Positions 11,330 to 21,562 of a stretch of DNA of 64,000 bases are shown piece by piece. The notes beneath the pieces were generated by a model. It saw only the letters and a program-made list of their open reading frames with translations. It was not told where the DNA came from and did no database searches. The stretch lies in assembly GCA_965644295.1 (NCBI GenBank), contig CBFFRP010000058.1, positions 62,001 through 126,000 of the forward strand. The letters are read 5' to 3'. The translations under genes were made by a program, and so were the position numbers. This stretch comes from Paraphysomonas bandaiensis (Eukaryota; Protista; Chrysophyceae). The first letter of the stretch is position 1. Every line of letters starts with the position of its first letter.

Positions 11330-13635
11330 TCAGGCCATCACCTTAGACTGATACTCATTGGCAATCACAAGCACATTCAACAGAATAGCCAAATGCTTCT
11401 CCACAAAGTTCTTTAGTACCATTGCAACATATCTGTACTCCATCAAGGAATTGCAAACGATATTCAACACATGTGAAGGTACTATAGAGTGTTGGGATTT
11501 TGTTTTAGGGTGTTGAAACTCTTGCTTTGATTTTTTATCGATTACATTTGCGTTCCATTCTATTTCATCCTTGACACCGTCATCTGTAATTTGACTATCC
11601 CCATATTCGGATTCAATTTCCTCTACTATTTTTTCTTGAATAGGTTGATGATCCCATTTATTTTGATGTTTATATTGAACATGCAAATTATTTTCAGGAA
11701 TACCGCATGTGGTGGGTACAATTTCGGTTTTCAAAATATAACGTGACATTTCAATATTTTCTTGAAAAGGGTCTGAATTCTTCTTATCATGGTCGTTTTT
11801 CTTTTCCTTTTTTTTTGTTATTTGGTTTTGAGATGTTCGAGAAGAGTTTTTTTTATTATGTTTTTTTGAAATGGGAAGAGGTTGGGGACCATTTCCCACT
11901 GGTTGAGAAGAAGGAAATTCGAAATGGTCTATCTTTTTACTGTTATGGTTATGTGGAATGTGGGTTGTATCTCCCGTAAAATGACTATGTGACTCTAAAT
12001 GATTTTCATGTTTTTGTACCATTCCTTCTTCAATGTTATAATCACTTACCTCCTCCTCCTCCCTCAACAAAGTCGGACTCGCACCTTTTCGTGGTGTTCT
12101 GGGGGATAAGTACCGGAGATATTTCTCCGGGAAACTAACGTGAGCCGCATATTATATAGTCAGCAGATATATTGTTCTGCCCACTCATAGCCAAATGCTT
12201 GTGTGGTACAAGGGACACTAATAAGTGTCACTTGTGTAGACGTCTTTGGGCCCTGACGAATAAACAGGCATCCGGGAATGGGCCCACCTCAAGGGCATCC
12301 GGGACAGGGCCCACCAGAAGGGTAACCGGGGTATTGGGCTGCCTGCTGAAGTCAAGCATCCGGGATGTTCACCTTAAGAACTCAAAACACCTGAAGTCAG
12401 CAGATGTCAGGTATATCAACATTCTGCTTGCTCCCTGCGTTTGCTTTGAGTGATTGATGCTGAGTATGAGTTCACATTATTCGGTATCTGTGTGGCCGGC
12501 CAATGACCGAGGTAATGCGTCAAACTTTCCTCATGGATGCATGGCAATGGCAATGATGTGATTAGACCTGTCATGTCTTCTCACACGTCTACTGCCTAGT
12601 CTTGGTTTCTCCTGACCCAGGTCATTGAGATTATATCAAGGCTCTGGCACTGTTCTCCAAGCAGTGTCAGGTACATTTGTGGTGCTTTTATGTTATTCTT
12701 GCTTAGTAGGTTTTCATCCGAGCGGGGAAGGTGCACGGTTTCCTACTAGTTTAAGTCACTCGGGAGAAGAGTGCAAGGTGGATGCATGTGCTGGATGAGT
12801 GCACACAATGGAGGGAAGACATTGAAGTCAGCTTGAATTTGTAACAGATTTTGGTAGATGTCTGTTTCATGCGTCAGTGTGCAAAATTGCACCAGTGAGA
12901 CCGCTTCGTGACCGTGGGAGGACCCGGCGCTATAGCTACTTTATTCTCCCTTCCAGACTACCTGCTGCTGTGAACACCACCTTGAAGAGGGCCCTAAAGA
13001 TCTGCCGCATATACAGGAGACATATGCCGAAGACACCGACCGCAAGTTGTTTGTGTTAGGACAAGTAGATTGGGCAGGAGCGTATGATCCGGCTTAAACA
13101 CGCAACTCGTCGTATGCCCATGTAGCTAACTAAATCGTGTTGTATAGTTGAGCACTTGTCGGTGCATGCAATAGTAACTAGATGAGAGTCATGTTATGCA
13201 TAGTGTCGCGCGAGTTGTTAGGTTGGTCGCGGCAACGCACAAGCTTGCGTTTCTTAATAATCAGATTTTCAATACCTCCTCCTCCTCGGAAAAAATGTTT
13301 TGTTCATCTGCAATAATCATTTTGTTTACAGCAAAATCATCCGTATGCTCATTTTCCTTGTCATCTTCTTCAATAACTAAAATAGGAGTATCTGAAGTGA
13401 TAAGTATATTTTCTTTTTCTTGATTATGATTTGTATTTTGCTTGCTAATAGTGGCCGACGATGACGTGACAGGTATGTTATTATCACGAGGGGATCGATG
13501 ATGTTTATTGTGTTTATATTTATGATGATGTCGATGTTTATGAGACTTAAAACTTTCCAATGGGTTTTTATATCCCATGGAAAAATATAAAATAACACCC
13601 ACAGCAACTATAAAAAAAATTAAATAACTAATCAT
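11330..13635 (-). pseudogene. Interrupted intronless gene for an N-terminally membrane-anchored, His/Lys/Asn-rich protein (giant-virus-like)
   Basis: ORF 13261-13635 ends ...IFSEEEEV(LKI*) and ORF 11330-12070 begins (LLR)EEEEVSDYNIEEG. They join in frame once 12062-13272 and one 15-bp copy are removed. The last ~50 aa may belong to another segment. Confidence 0.7.
12062..13272. mobile_element. 1211-bp insertion flanked by a 15-bp direct repeat; class unknown
   Basis: TACCTCCTCCTCCTC at 12047-12061 and 13273-13287; higher GC than the flanks; diverged relative at 52445-52735. Confidence 0.75.
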
Positions 13636-13698
13636 AGGAATAAATGCAAAACACTTAAGACAATATAAAGAGCAAATAAGTAGGTAAGTGAATTTGAA

Positions 13699-13987
13699 TT
13701 ATTTACATATTATTTCAATATTTAATTTTGGCAATTTGTATGACCAAGGAAGAGAATTAGACAACATAAATAGTGGACAAATGATTCGAAGATATATCAT
13801 TATCCACTTGGAACAACAAATTAAAAATAGAATGTGATTCAACAAGTAATTCGGGTGTTGTATGAGTGATTTGTGTCGTAATTCGCTCATACAATGTAAA
13901 ATCCATATCATATTCTAATGTACAATCTTCTGGACTAGAGGAATAATCCGTGGTACATTGAGCAAAAAAATTCGCAAATTGAGACAT
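13699..13987 (-). pseudogene. Short AT-rich intronless ORF, probably frameshifted, unknown product
   Basis: AAAATG start; MSQFANFFAQCTTDY... overlaps a second frame ending ...LPWSYKLPKLNIEIICK*; about 60 bp spacer to the next ORF. Confidence 0.35.
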
Positions 13988-15040
13988 TTTAACAACACCC
14001 GGTTTGATAACCAGGGTGTTGGCTCGTAAACAATAGTACTACTATAACACCTACACTGAACCAACAAAGAACAGTAATAACGGTATTATTATTAAAACAC
14101 TTTTCTAAGTCTAGACCTAAACTTAGTTAGTGACTCCCGCAAAGAGCCACCGCGCAATGGTATACCGCCGGCACCCAAGTTCACTAGCACCAAGCTTTGG
14201 TCTAACTTAAAACAAGTGATAAACACCATAGAAGCATATATGCACACACACACACTCCTAACATAGTGCAACACACGTGGCATCTCATCTCACCACCACA
14301 GGTTGTGTATCTCTTCAATCAAAACTGAAAAATACACAGCAACCTGATAGGGAGTGACTCACCAGCATATGCCGAGAGTACACCGTATACTACGTATCTA
14401 TACCCTACCAGAGACTGAAAACCCCTAATCCAGGAAATACATAAATACGGTACGTATAGTACGTATAGTATGCACACCACATTTGCAATCGAACCCCAAT
14501 AAGCCTTGCATAAACACTCGTGCACCTCAAGTGTACAATAGCGACTTCTCTCTTATGATGGTCACATGTACTTGCCACCCTATATAGGGTAGTACGGGTA
14601 ATACATGTATGTATGTATATGGAAGTATATACTGCAACTGCTATACAGGAATACGGGCCCACATAACTTTGATATAAATTTGCAGCAGGTTTCACATCGA
14701 CCGAAGTCACCAGCAGCAGATCATAGTCGTACATCATCATCAGCAGATAAAAATTGGACATCATACCCGAACGTTGGCTCAATATGTAGGTACACTGTGG
14801 TACATTACCAATGTCCAAATGGTGTTGCATAATATGTATCCTGAACACACTGAAGGTCCTAAAGCAATATATAGGGTCCTGATATAGGGTCCTAAACCAA
14901 CATAGGGTCCTAAAAGTCAATGTAACCATGCATGTGACTCAATAGCGTGATACTATAGCCACGTAGATAGGGCATGGGAAATGCCACGTGGTCACAACAT
15001 CGACTCTTTGAAAAAGGAATTATAAATTTGTCCATTTTGT

Positions 15041-16684
15041 TTGTTTGGAAAGCTCTGGTGTCCTCGGTTTCTTGATTCCTCCAACAGCACAATTAAAGAG
15101 CCACAGACGCTGGCAGAAGCAAAGAAGACTCCACAGAGAACATACTGGATTGAAGCTACCAGGAAGGAGGTGCACAAGCTTGAACGAAGGACATGCTGGA
15201 AGATTGTCCGAAGGCCGAAACACCGAAAAATCATAAAATCTAAATTGGTCTTTAAAGTAAAGCGCGACCATCTTGGAAAAATTAAGAAGTTCAAAGTTCG
15301 ACTTGTGGCGAAAGGGTTTACTCAAGAACAAGGAGTCGACTATAATGAGACATTCTCCCCAGTAGCTAAAGGTGTATCATTTAGGCTAGCACTGGCACTG
15401 GCTCTGCGATACAATTTGCAACTCCGTCAACTCGATGTAGAAACGGCATTTCCGTATGCAGATCTGGACGAAGATGTGTTTATGTCTCCACCTGCAGGAA
15501 TAGATATTTCACAAGGCTGTTGTTTGAAGATTCTGAAGAGTTTGTATGGCCTAAAACAAGCGCCTCGAAATTGGCATTCAATGCTGAAGGACAGTATAAA
15601 GGCGATGGGGTATAAACAATGTGTTCTTGACCCATGTTTATTTGTCCTCAAGGGCACTGATACTAACCTACATATGATACTTGTGTATGTAGATGATATC
15701 ATTGTGCTCAGCTCTGATAGCCGTCATATTGAATAAGTTATCAGCGCTTTTAAGACTCAATATGTCATGCAAGATATGGGGGATCTTAAGCATTATTTAG
15801 GTCTTACCATTGAGCGTCATAATGGCCAGATTAAGTTACATCAGTCTGCATATGCTAAAGATGTTGTGGCCAGATTCAATCACTTGTTGTCAGAAAAGAA
15901 GAGACGGTGCAAGGCAACCACACCTCTACCACCTGGCCTAAAGTTGTCCAAGGATGCAAAAGAGGAAGAAACTCGAAAACAGAGAGAATACGTTGATGCA
16001 TTTCCCTATCAATCTGTTATTGGTGCCTTAATGTATTTGGCAGTGCATACTAGACCAGACATGGCATATACAGTAAATCTTCTCTCCCGGTTCACCACAA
16101 GACCCACGTACGCTGCATGTCAAGCTGCTCTGCATACTTTATTGTATTTAGAAAATACAGTTGATCAAGGTATCATATTTCCTAATTTCACAGATGAAGA
16201 CCCTCTATGTGTGTACTCTGATGCAGATTGGGCCGGAGATCTGGATACATGCAGATCCACTACAGGGTATATCGTATATCTGTGGGGTGCTCCAATTGCA
16301 TGGCAGTCCAGGCTGCAGCCAACAGTGGCTACGTCGACTATGGAAGCTGAATATATGGCTGCATATGCTGCAATTCAGGAGATTGTATGGATACGAGGGG
16401 TGATGACAGAGCTCGGAATTCGTGGATTTGAGCTCAGTAAGAATGCATCTCCAACAATCTTGAATATGGACAGCAAGAGTGCGATTGATCTAGCTCAGAA
16501 CCCGGTAAATCATAAACGTTCCAAGCATATTCGGATCAAGTATCATTGGATTCGAGAGCAAGTGGGAGGCTGTATCGTCAGGCTGAATCATGTGCCAACG
16601 GCAGAGATGACAGCAGACGTGATAACTAAAGCCTTGTCCGAGAAGCTGCACTATCAGCATGTGCACACTATGGTATCGCACTAA
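15041..16684 (+). pseudogene. Ty1/copia pol fragment (reverse transcriptase RVT_2 plus RNase H), 5'-truncated, one in-frame stop
   Basis: EPQTLAEA, FKVRLVAKGFTQEQGVDYNETFSPV, QLDVETAF, SLYGLKQAPRNW, YVDDI, TRPDMAY, YSDADWAGD, STMEAEY, DSKSAI, RSKHIRIKYH. TAA at 15734-15736 with the frame continuing. Confidence 0.95.
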
Positions 16685-16723
16685 GTAGACCTGCTTAGTA
16701 CAGTATATACTGATATGTTCATT

Positions 16724-16732
16724 GAGTGGGAG
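16724..16732 (+). promoter_or_regulatory. PPT of the copia fragment, followed by a probable 3' LTR starting TATTGAAC
   Basis: GAGTGGGAG lies 40 bp after the pol stop. No matching 5' LTR in the window. Confidence 0.55.
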
Positions 16733-18010
16733 TATTGAACTACAACCAACTCCTACGTGCGTACTTGAAGTTTGGTAAAGCCAATCGCTAGTAGTTATCC
16801 TGTATTCTATGTAGCAATGAAATACAGAATATACATGACTACAGTATAGGAGTAGCTATTACAAGTATACAAAGAAACTGAAAATATAGTAGCTGTTAAA
16901 GATATGATTTGTAGAACAGAATGTTGATGTTGGTGAATGACGTGGTTCCTAACTCATAGGGCTACAACATCATAAACTTACTATATCTCCTATAATATAT
17001 AATATTACTGGTGTTACGTACTATATAATGTTACTAAGTTGTTACTAAGTGTGAATAGAAGTAAGTGTTACTAAGTGTCGAAAGGTTATGTAAGTGTTAC
17101 GTTGTATCGAATGTTAGTTAATGGTAAAAATGAAACAAACTAAGACTAAGGAACAGATAGCAAAAAATATTACTAAGTAGAAACAAACGATGCAGGAAGA
17201 AGTGTTAAGTCAGCCGACGGAAATGAATAGGTTTCAGTGAGCTGGTCATGATACCGTGATGTCTCCAGTTCGGCTGTTCGAGCTGCCACATGCTGCTGCT
17301 CGTTTAAAGTATCCATTCTCTTGCGGCGAATATTAGTAACGAATCATTTCATCCAGTGTATCTGGACAAGTAAGAGCATGCAATGTCTGATAGAAGGGAT
17401 CAGGACTGCGGTCTTCCATGATCGAACACTCTGCAGGATCGTCAGGCAAGGGAGTAAAATCTTCCTCAAGCTCCAGAGCGCAAGTAAAACTCCAGGATTG
17501 TCAGGCAAGGGAGTTTTACTTGCGCTCTGGAGTATATTCTGGATACGAGTGTATGGATGGGAGTTCTATGAGCTCTACTGGGATGCCCTTCGCGCTAACG
17601 AGAACAAAAGCGTCGTTTTTCATCGTCTTGTCCAAAAAAATATACCGCAGAAGCCAATCAGAAATGGAGCTTGCCAATAAAGAAGTGTCACTCCAGGCAA
17701 CACTCACTGTGAGGACACGAATCTTAGTCGTGATGATAACTCTGACTTGATTGCAGTGAAGTTGTGATTGCATAGGAATCGCAAATGCTAAAGTATGACG
17801 TCGAACAGAACATTGAAGTATGGGCAGGCACTGGTATATGAACAGCGTTTTGGAACTCCAAGGAGCAGATAGGGATGGTTTGAGGGAGCAAGATACCATC
17901 ATCCAGCTGAAACCTTGATGTCGTGTTGCAGAAACCGCAACTTCAATTTTGAAGTAGCGAATGCCACGCACTTGTTAGTAATTTGGAATTCCAATAAGGC
18001 AACAATTCTG

Positions 18011-18173
18011 TCTGTGGGAATAAGATCCAGCAGAATATGTCGATCCAGGAAAAAAATCCAGGCTTTTTTGATGCATGTTGTTTTTTGACGAATATATTTC
18101 AGAGAAATAACGAAAAAAGGTCGATTTTTTTGCTGGATCGACATATTCTGCTGGATCGACTTATTCCCACAGA
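18011..18173. repeat. ~45-bp inverted repeat pair (MITE/foldback-like)
   Basis: TCTGTGGGAATAAG..ATCCAGCAGAATATGTCGATCCAG at 18011 and its reverse complement ending at 18173. No TSD recognised. Confidence 0.7.
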
Positions 18174-18360
18174 AGGAATTAGAGAGAGCGAATACACTGT
18201 GAATCGTGCCATTATTAACTGTGAGTTCGTATAGCAAGCTTCATTACTATGCGGGAGAGCTATTGTAAAGGCTTATGCCTCATTATCGACAAAATGAGCG
18301 TGAAAAGTGGGTTCCCGTGACCTGTAGAAAAGCGGAGAGTGTATGTCTCGAGGTTATTGA

Positions 18361-18917
18361 AGATGACGCAAGCAAGCAGAATGCCTATTAGATTGGAGGG
18401 GAGAAAAGCATTTGAAATGCGCAGTGAAAGTTCAGTCCGAGTACGTCGTTGATTCATGTGCTGATTTACAGCATGAAACCGTGTTTGAAATGGAAAAAGA
18501 AGACCATGCAGGTGAGGTAGTGGATATGCTCGACTTACTGAGCAATGCTCTCAGTCGTGGTAAAAAGAGAATTGCATCAGAAATGGCTTTAAGCTCCAGA
18601 GACTCCGGGCTAGTGTCAGGTAATAAGTAGTGGTACTAGATGACGCAAGCAAGCAGAATGCCTATTAGATTAGAGGGGAGAAAAGCATTTGAAATGCGCA
18701 GTGAAAGTTCAGTCCGAGTACGTCGTTGATTCATGTGCTGATTTACAGCATGAAACCGTGTTTGAAATGGAAAAAGAAGACCATGCAGGTGAGGTAGTGG
18801 ATATGCTCGACTTACTGAGCAATGCTCTCAGTCGTGGTAAAAAGAGAATTGCATCAGAAATGGCTTTAAGCTCCAGAGACTCCGGGCTAGTGTCAGGTAA
18901 TAAGTAGTGGTACTAGA
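18361..18917. repeat. Tandem duplication, 2 x 277 bp
   Basis: 18361-18637 and 18638-18914 are near-identical; duplicated 72-aa ORFs are offset by 277. Confidence 0.95.
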
Positions 18918-18995
18918 GACTAGAGTGTGTAGCTGGAGTACTATTGGGCTGTTGAGTAATAATCAGTTCATTCATTGGGGTACAGTTATTGCTTT

Positions 18996-19377
18996 TCTGT
19001 TACATGCGCAAGCAATAATGAGAACTAGATGGTGTACTGTAATGTACTATAAGATTAGGTGAAATTTATATATGCTCAAGATTTGTCGTTAATTTGCAGC
19101 AAACGCATGCATGTGTATGTGTGTATGTATGTGTCAATCAGTCAATATTGCACTAACTAAAAGCGTAAATTAATAAGCGGAACCTCTGTTACATGCGCAA
19201 GCAATAATGAGAACTAGATGGTGTACTGTAATGTACTATAAGATTAGGTGAAATTTATATATGCTCAAGATTTGTCGTTAATTTGCAGCAAACGCATGCA
19301 TGTGTATGTGTGTATGTATGTGTCAATCAGTCAATATTGCACTAACTAAAAGCGTAAATTAATAAGCGGAACCTCTG
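18996..19377. repeat. Tandem duplication, 2 x 189 bp
   Basis: TCTGTTACATGCGCAAGC... occurs at 18996 and 19185. Confidence 0.95.
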
Positions 19378-19439
19378 GTGTTTACATCCTCTATTAAAAC
19401 AGAGGATCCAACATGACAAACAATTAACTAATACACACA

Positions 19440-20417
19440 CTATTTGGCCTTCGCTGCCATGGCTGCCAGGTGTTTCTGCATCAAGAAGTCTCCAGCAATT
19501 ATCGGCTCATACTTGGGCTCTTCATCTCCGAGAACCGTAACTTTGGCATCTTTATTCAAATTATAAAAGAAGGCGATGGATTGTCTACGTCCCCATCCAC
19601 TACCTTGAGGAGGATTGATGACACGATGCAGTGTAGACTGCCAGCGGTCGTTAGTCCAGCGTCTCATCAGATCACCCAGATTAATGATGAAGGTGTTCTC
19701 AACGAATGGTACATCCACCCACGTGGGGGGATCGCGGTCCTTGCTTACCTGAAGACCCGGTCCACCACTTCGGAGTATCGTAATGGTGCCGTAGTCCGTG
19801 TGTGCACTTGCCCTGAGTTGTCCGGGCTGAGGTTCGTATCCCTCAATAACCGGGTAGTTCAGAGCACGCATTGCAGACGCATGGTGACCGGTGAACTGCT
19901 CAAAGTAATTTTCAGGGAGATCAAAAGCAATTGCAAATGCTTGAAGAATAGTACCAGCAAGATTAGCAAGAGTGTCATAATATTCGGTCCACTTCTCGGC
20001 GAAGGAAAGAGGATTGGAAGGCCAAAGTCTTGGCGGCATGCCAGCTTGTGGGTCGGAGGGACCAATAGAAAACATTTCCTTCAAGTCTGGAAGTGCCTCA
20101 GACTGCTGTTTCGTCTCAGCTGCCTTTCCAGCACTCAAAATTTCACCACCAATACTAGTGTATCCAAAGGGATATTCATCCTGTGATTTAGTTAGCTCGG
20201 CCTTCTCACTATCAGGTCGATCAAAGAATTCAGTTGTAACATTCCATGTATCATCAATAATTCTCTGATCAACACCAGAGTTTTTAATTATAAAAAATCC
20301 AATATCTTCACATGCTCTGGCGATAGACATAGCAACTTCTCTTCGTTGTTGTGTATTCCCATTAATAAATGGGTTTAAATCAATAATAGGTATAACTATA
20401 TCACTTTGACCTTCCAT
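19440..20417 (-). CDS. 2-oxoglutarate/Fe(II)-dependent dioxygenase, IPNS/DIOX_N family, intronless
   Basis: IPIIDL, ACEDIGFF, HTDYGTITIL (HxD), INLGDLM.RWTND...STLHRV, RQS. Confidence 0.93.
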   Translation of the reverse strand: MEGQSDIVIPIIDLNPFINGNTQQRREVAMSIARACEDIGFFIIKNSGVDQRIIDDTWNVTTEFFDRPDSEKAELTKSQDEYPFGYTSIGGEILSAGKAAETKQQSEALPDLKEMFSIGPSDPQAGMPPRLWPSNPLSFAEKWTEYYDTLANLAGTILQAFAIAFDLPENYFEQFTGHHASAMRALNYPVIEGYEPQPGQLRASAHTDYGTITILRSGGPGLQVSKDRDPPTWVDVPFVENTFIINLGDLMRRWTNDRWQSTLHRVINPPQGSGWGRRQSIAFFYNLNKDAKVTVLGDEEPKYEPIIAGDFLMQKHLAAMAAKAK

Positions 20418-20970
20418 AATAAATAAGAGGGTTCAGATAGAATGATTGATAAGAGAGAAGTGATATTTGATGGTTTATTAAGGTGTCTAATTCTTTATAT
20501 TGGAGTTGTGGTAATTATGGTGTTTACTCTACACATCTCCATATGTATGTATACTACGTATATACAATCCTAGTCTATATCTCTGTACGTATATCTATGT
20601 ATGGTATGTATTCTTGAACTTAACTCTTGTACTTCAAGGACTATGAAGCTTCTAGTAGTCTTCTGGTACAACAAGAGCCTCATATTTTATATTCTCTTCT
20701 TTCGTACTGCGTACTGCTGTACATAAACAACAGTACATAAAAAGTTGTACATCTATAAATGTAAAGATGTACATATATATACAGTACACAGTACAACAAT
20801 ACATCCAACTGTAGTACCTATAATTCAAAAACTGAAAATATGACTATTCAAGATATTGACTTGGAGCTGTGGCAATGAAAGAGTATATGAGATGGATGAC
20901 TATGACTATACATACACTGCTATCAAGCTTATCACTTAACTAAGTAATTAGACAGTCATAAGTCGATAAG

Positions 20971-21562
20971 ATGGGAATGTAAGCATGTTTCTATATTGTT
21001 TTTATTGTTATTAATGTGATTTTTATTATAGTATTAAGAGTGGAAGAGTTGTTATTGTCCTAGCTGGACGTTATGCTGGCCGTAAGGCTGTTGTGGTAAA
21101 GACCCACGAAGATGGTGGTGCTGGCAAGAGATTCGGTCATGCTGTTGGTATATATAACATCTCATACATTATATAACATATGTATAATACATATATGTAT
21201 ATATAGTCGCTGGTATCGATCGTTATCCCAGAAAGGTCGTTAAGGCAATGAGCAAAGCTAAGCTTGACAAGAGATCGAAGATTAAGCCCTTTGTTAAGGC
21301 TATTAACTTCAATCATATCATGCCGACCAGGTAGATGAGATATATTTTATTCTTATTTTATTATTTCACTTTCTTAAATAGATATGTTACGGACTTTGAC
21401 TTGAAGAAGATTGTCGATGAGGGTGCCCTTTCCTCTGAGTCCCGTGTCGAGACTAGAAAGACCCTGAAGAAGACGTTCGAGGAGAAGTACAGAAACCAGT
21501 CCGGCAAGAACGAGAAGAAGGCTGGTGGTACTCAGTACTTCTTCAAGAAACTCCGCTTCTAA
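20971..21562 (+). CDS. RPL27: 60S ribosomal protein L27 (eL27); exons 20971-20978, 21032-21147, 21207-21330, 21382-21562
   Basis: Spliced product [26 protein letters not shown]...[10 protein letters not shown]...[18 protein letters not shown]...YFFKKLRF; GT-AG introns. Confidence 0.96.

Noticed and set aside
15734-15736. Stop-codon readthrough or alternative genetic code in copia pol
   Set aside because: TAA terminates host genes here (e.g. RPL27), and the element is also truncated, so a nonsense mutation is simpler.
17240-18000. Overlapping ORFs on both strands
   Set aside because: Probably decayed coding DNA, but no motif supports a strand or product.
19470-20268. 238-aa and 84-aa plus-strand ORFs
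   Set aside because: Antisense shadows of the dioxygenase; the same applies to shadows over 24.6-27.5 kb and 62.7-64 kb.
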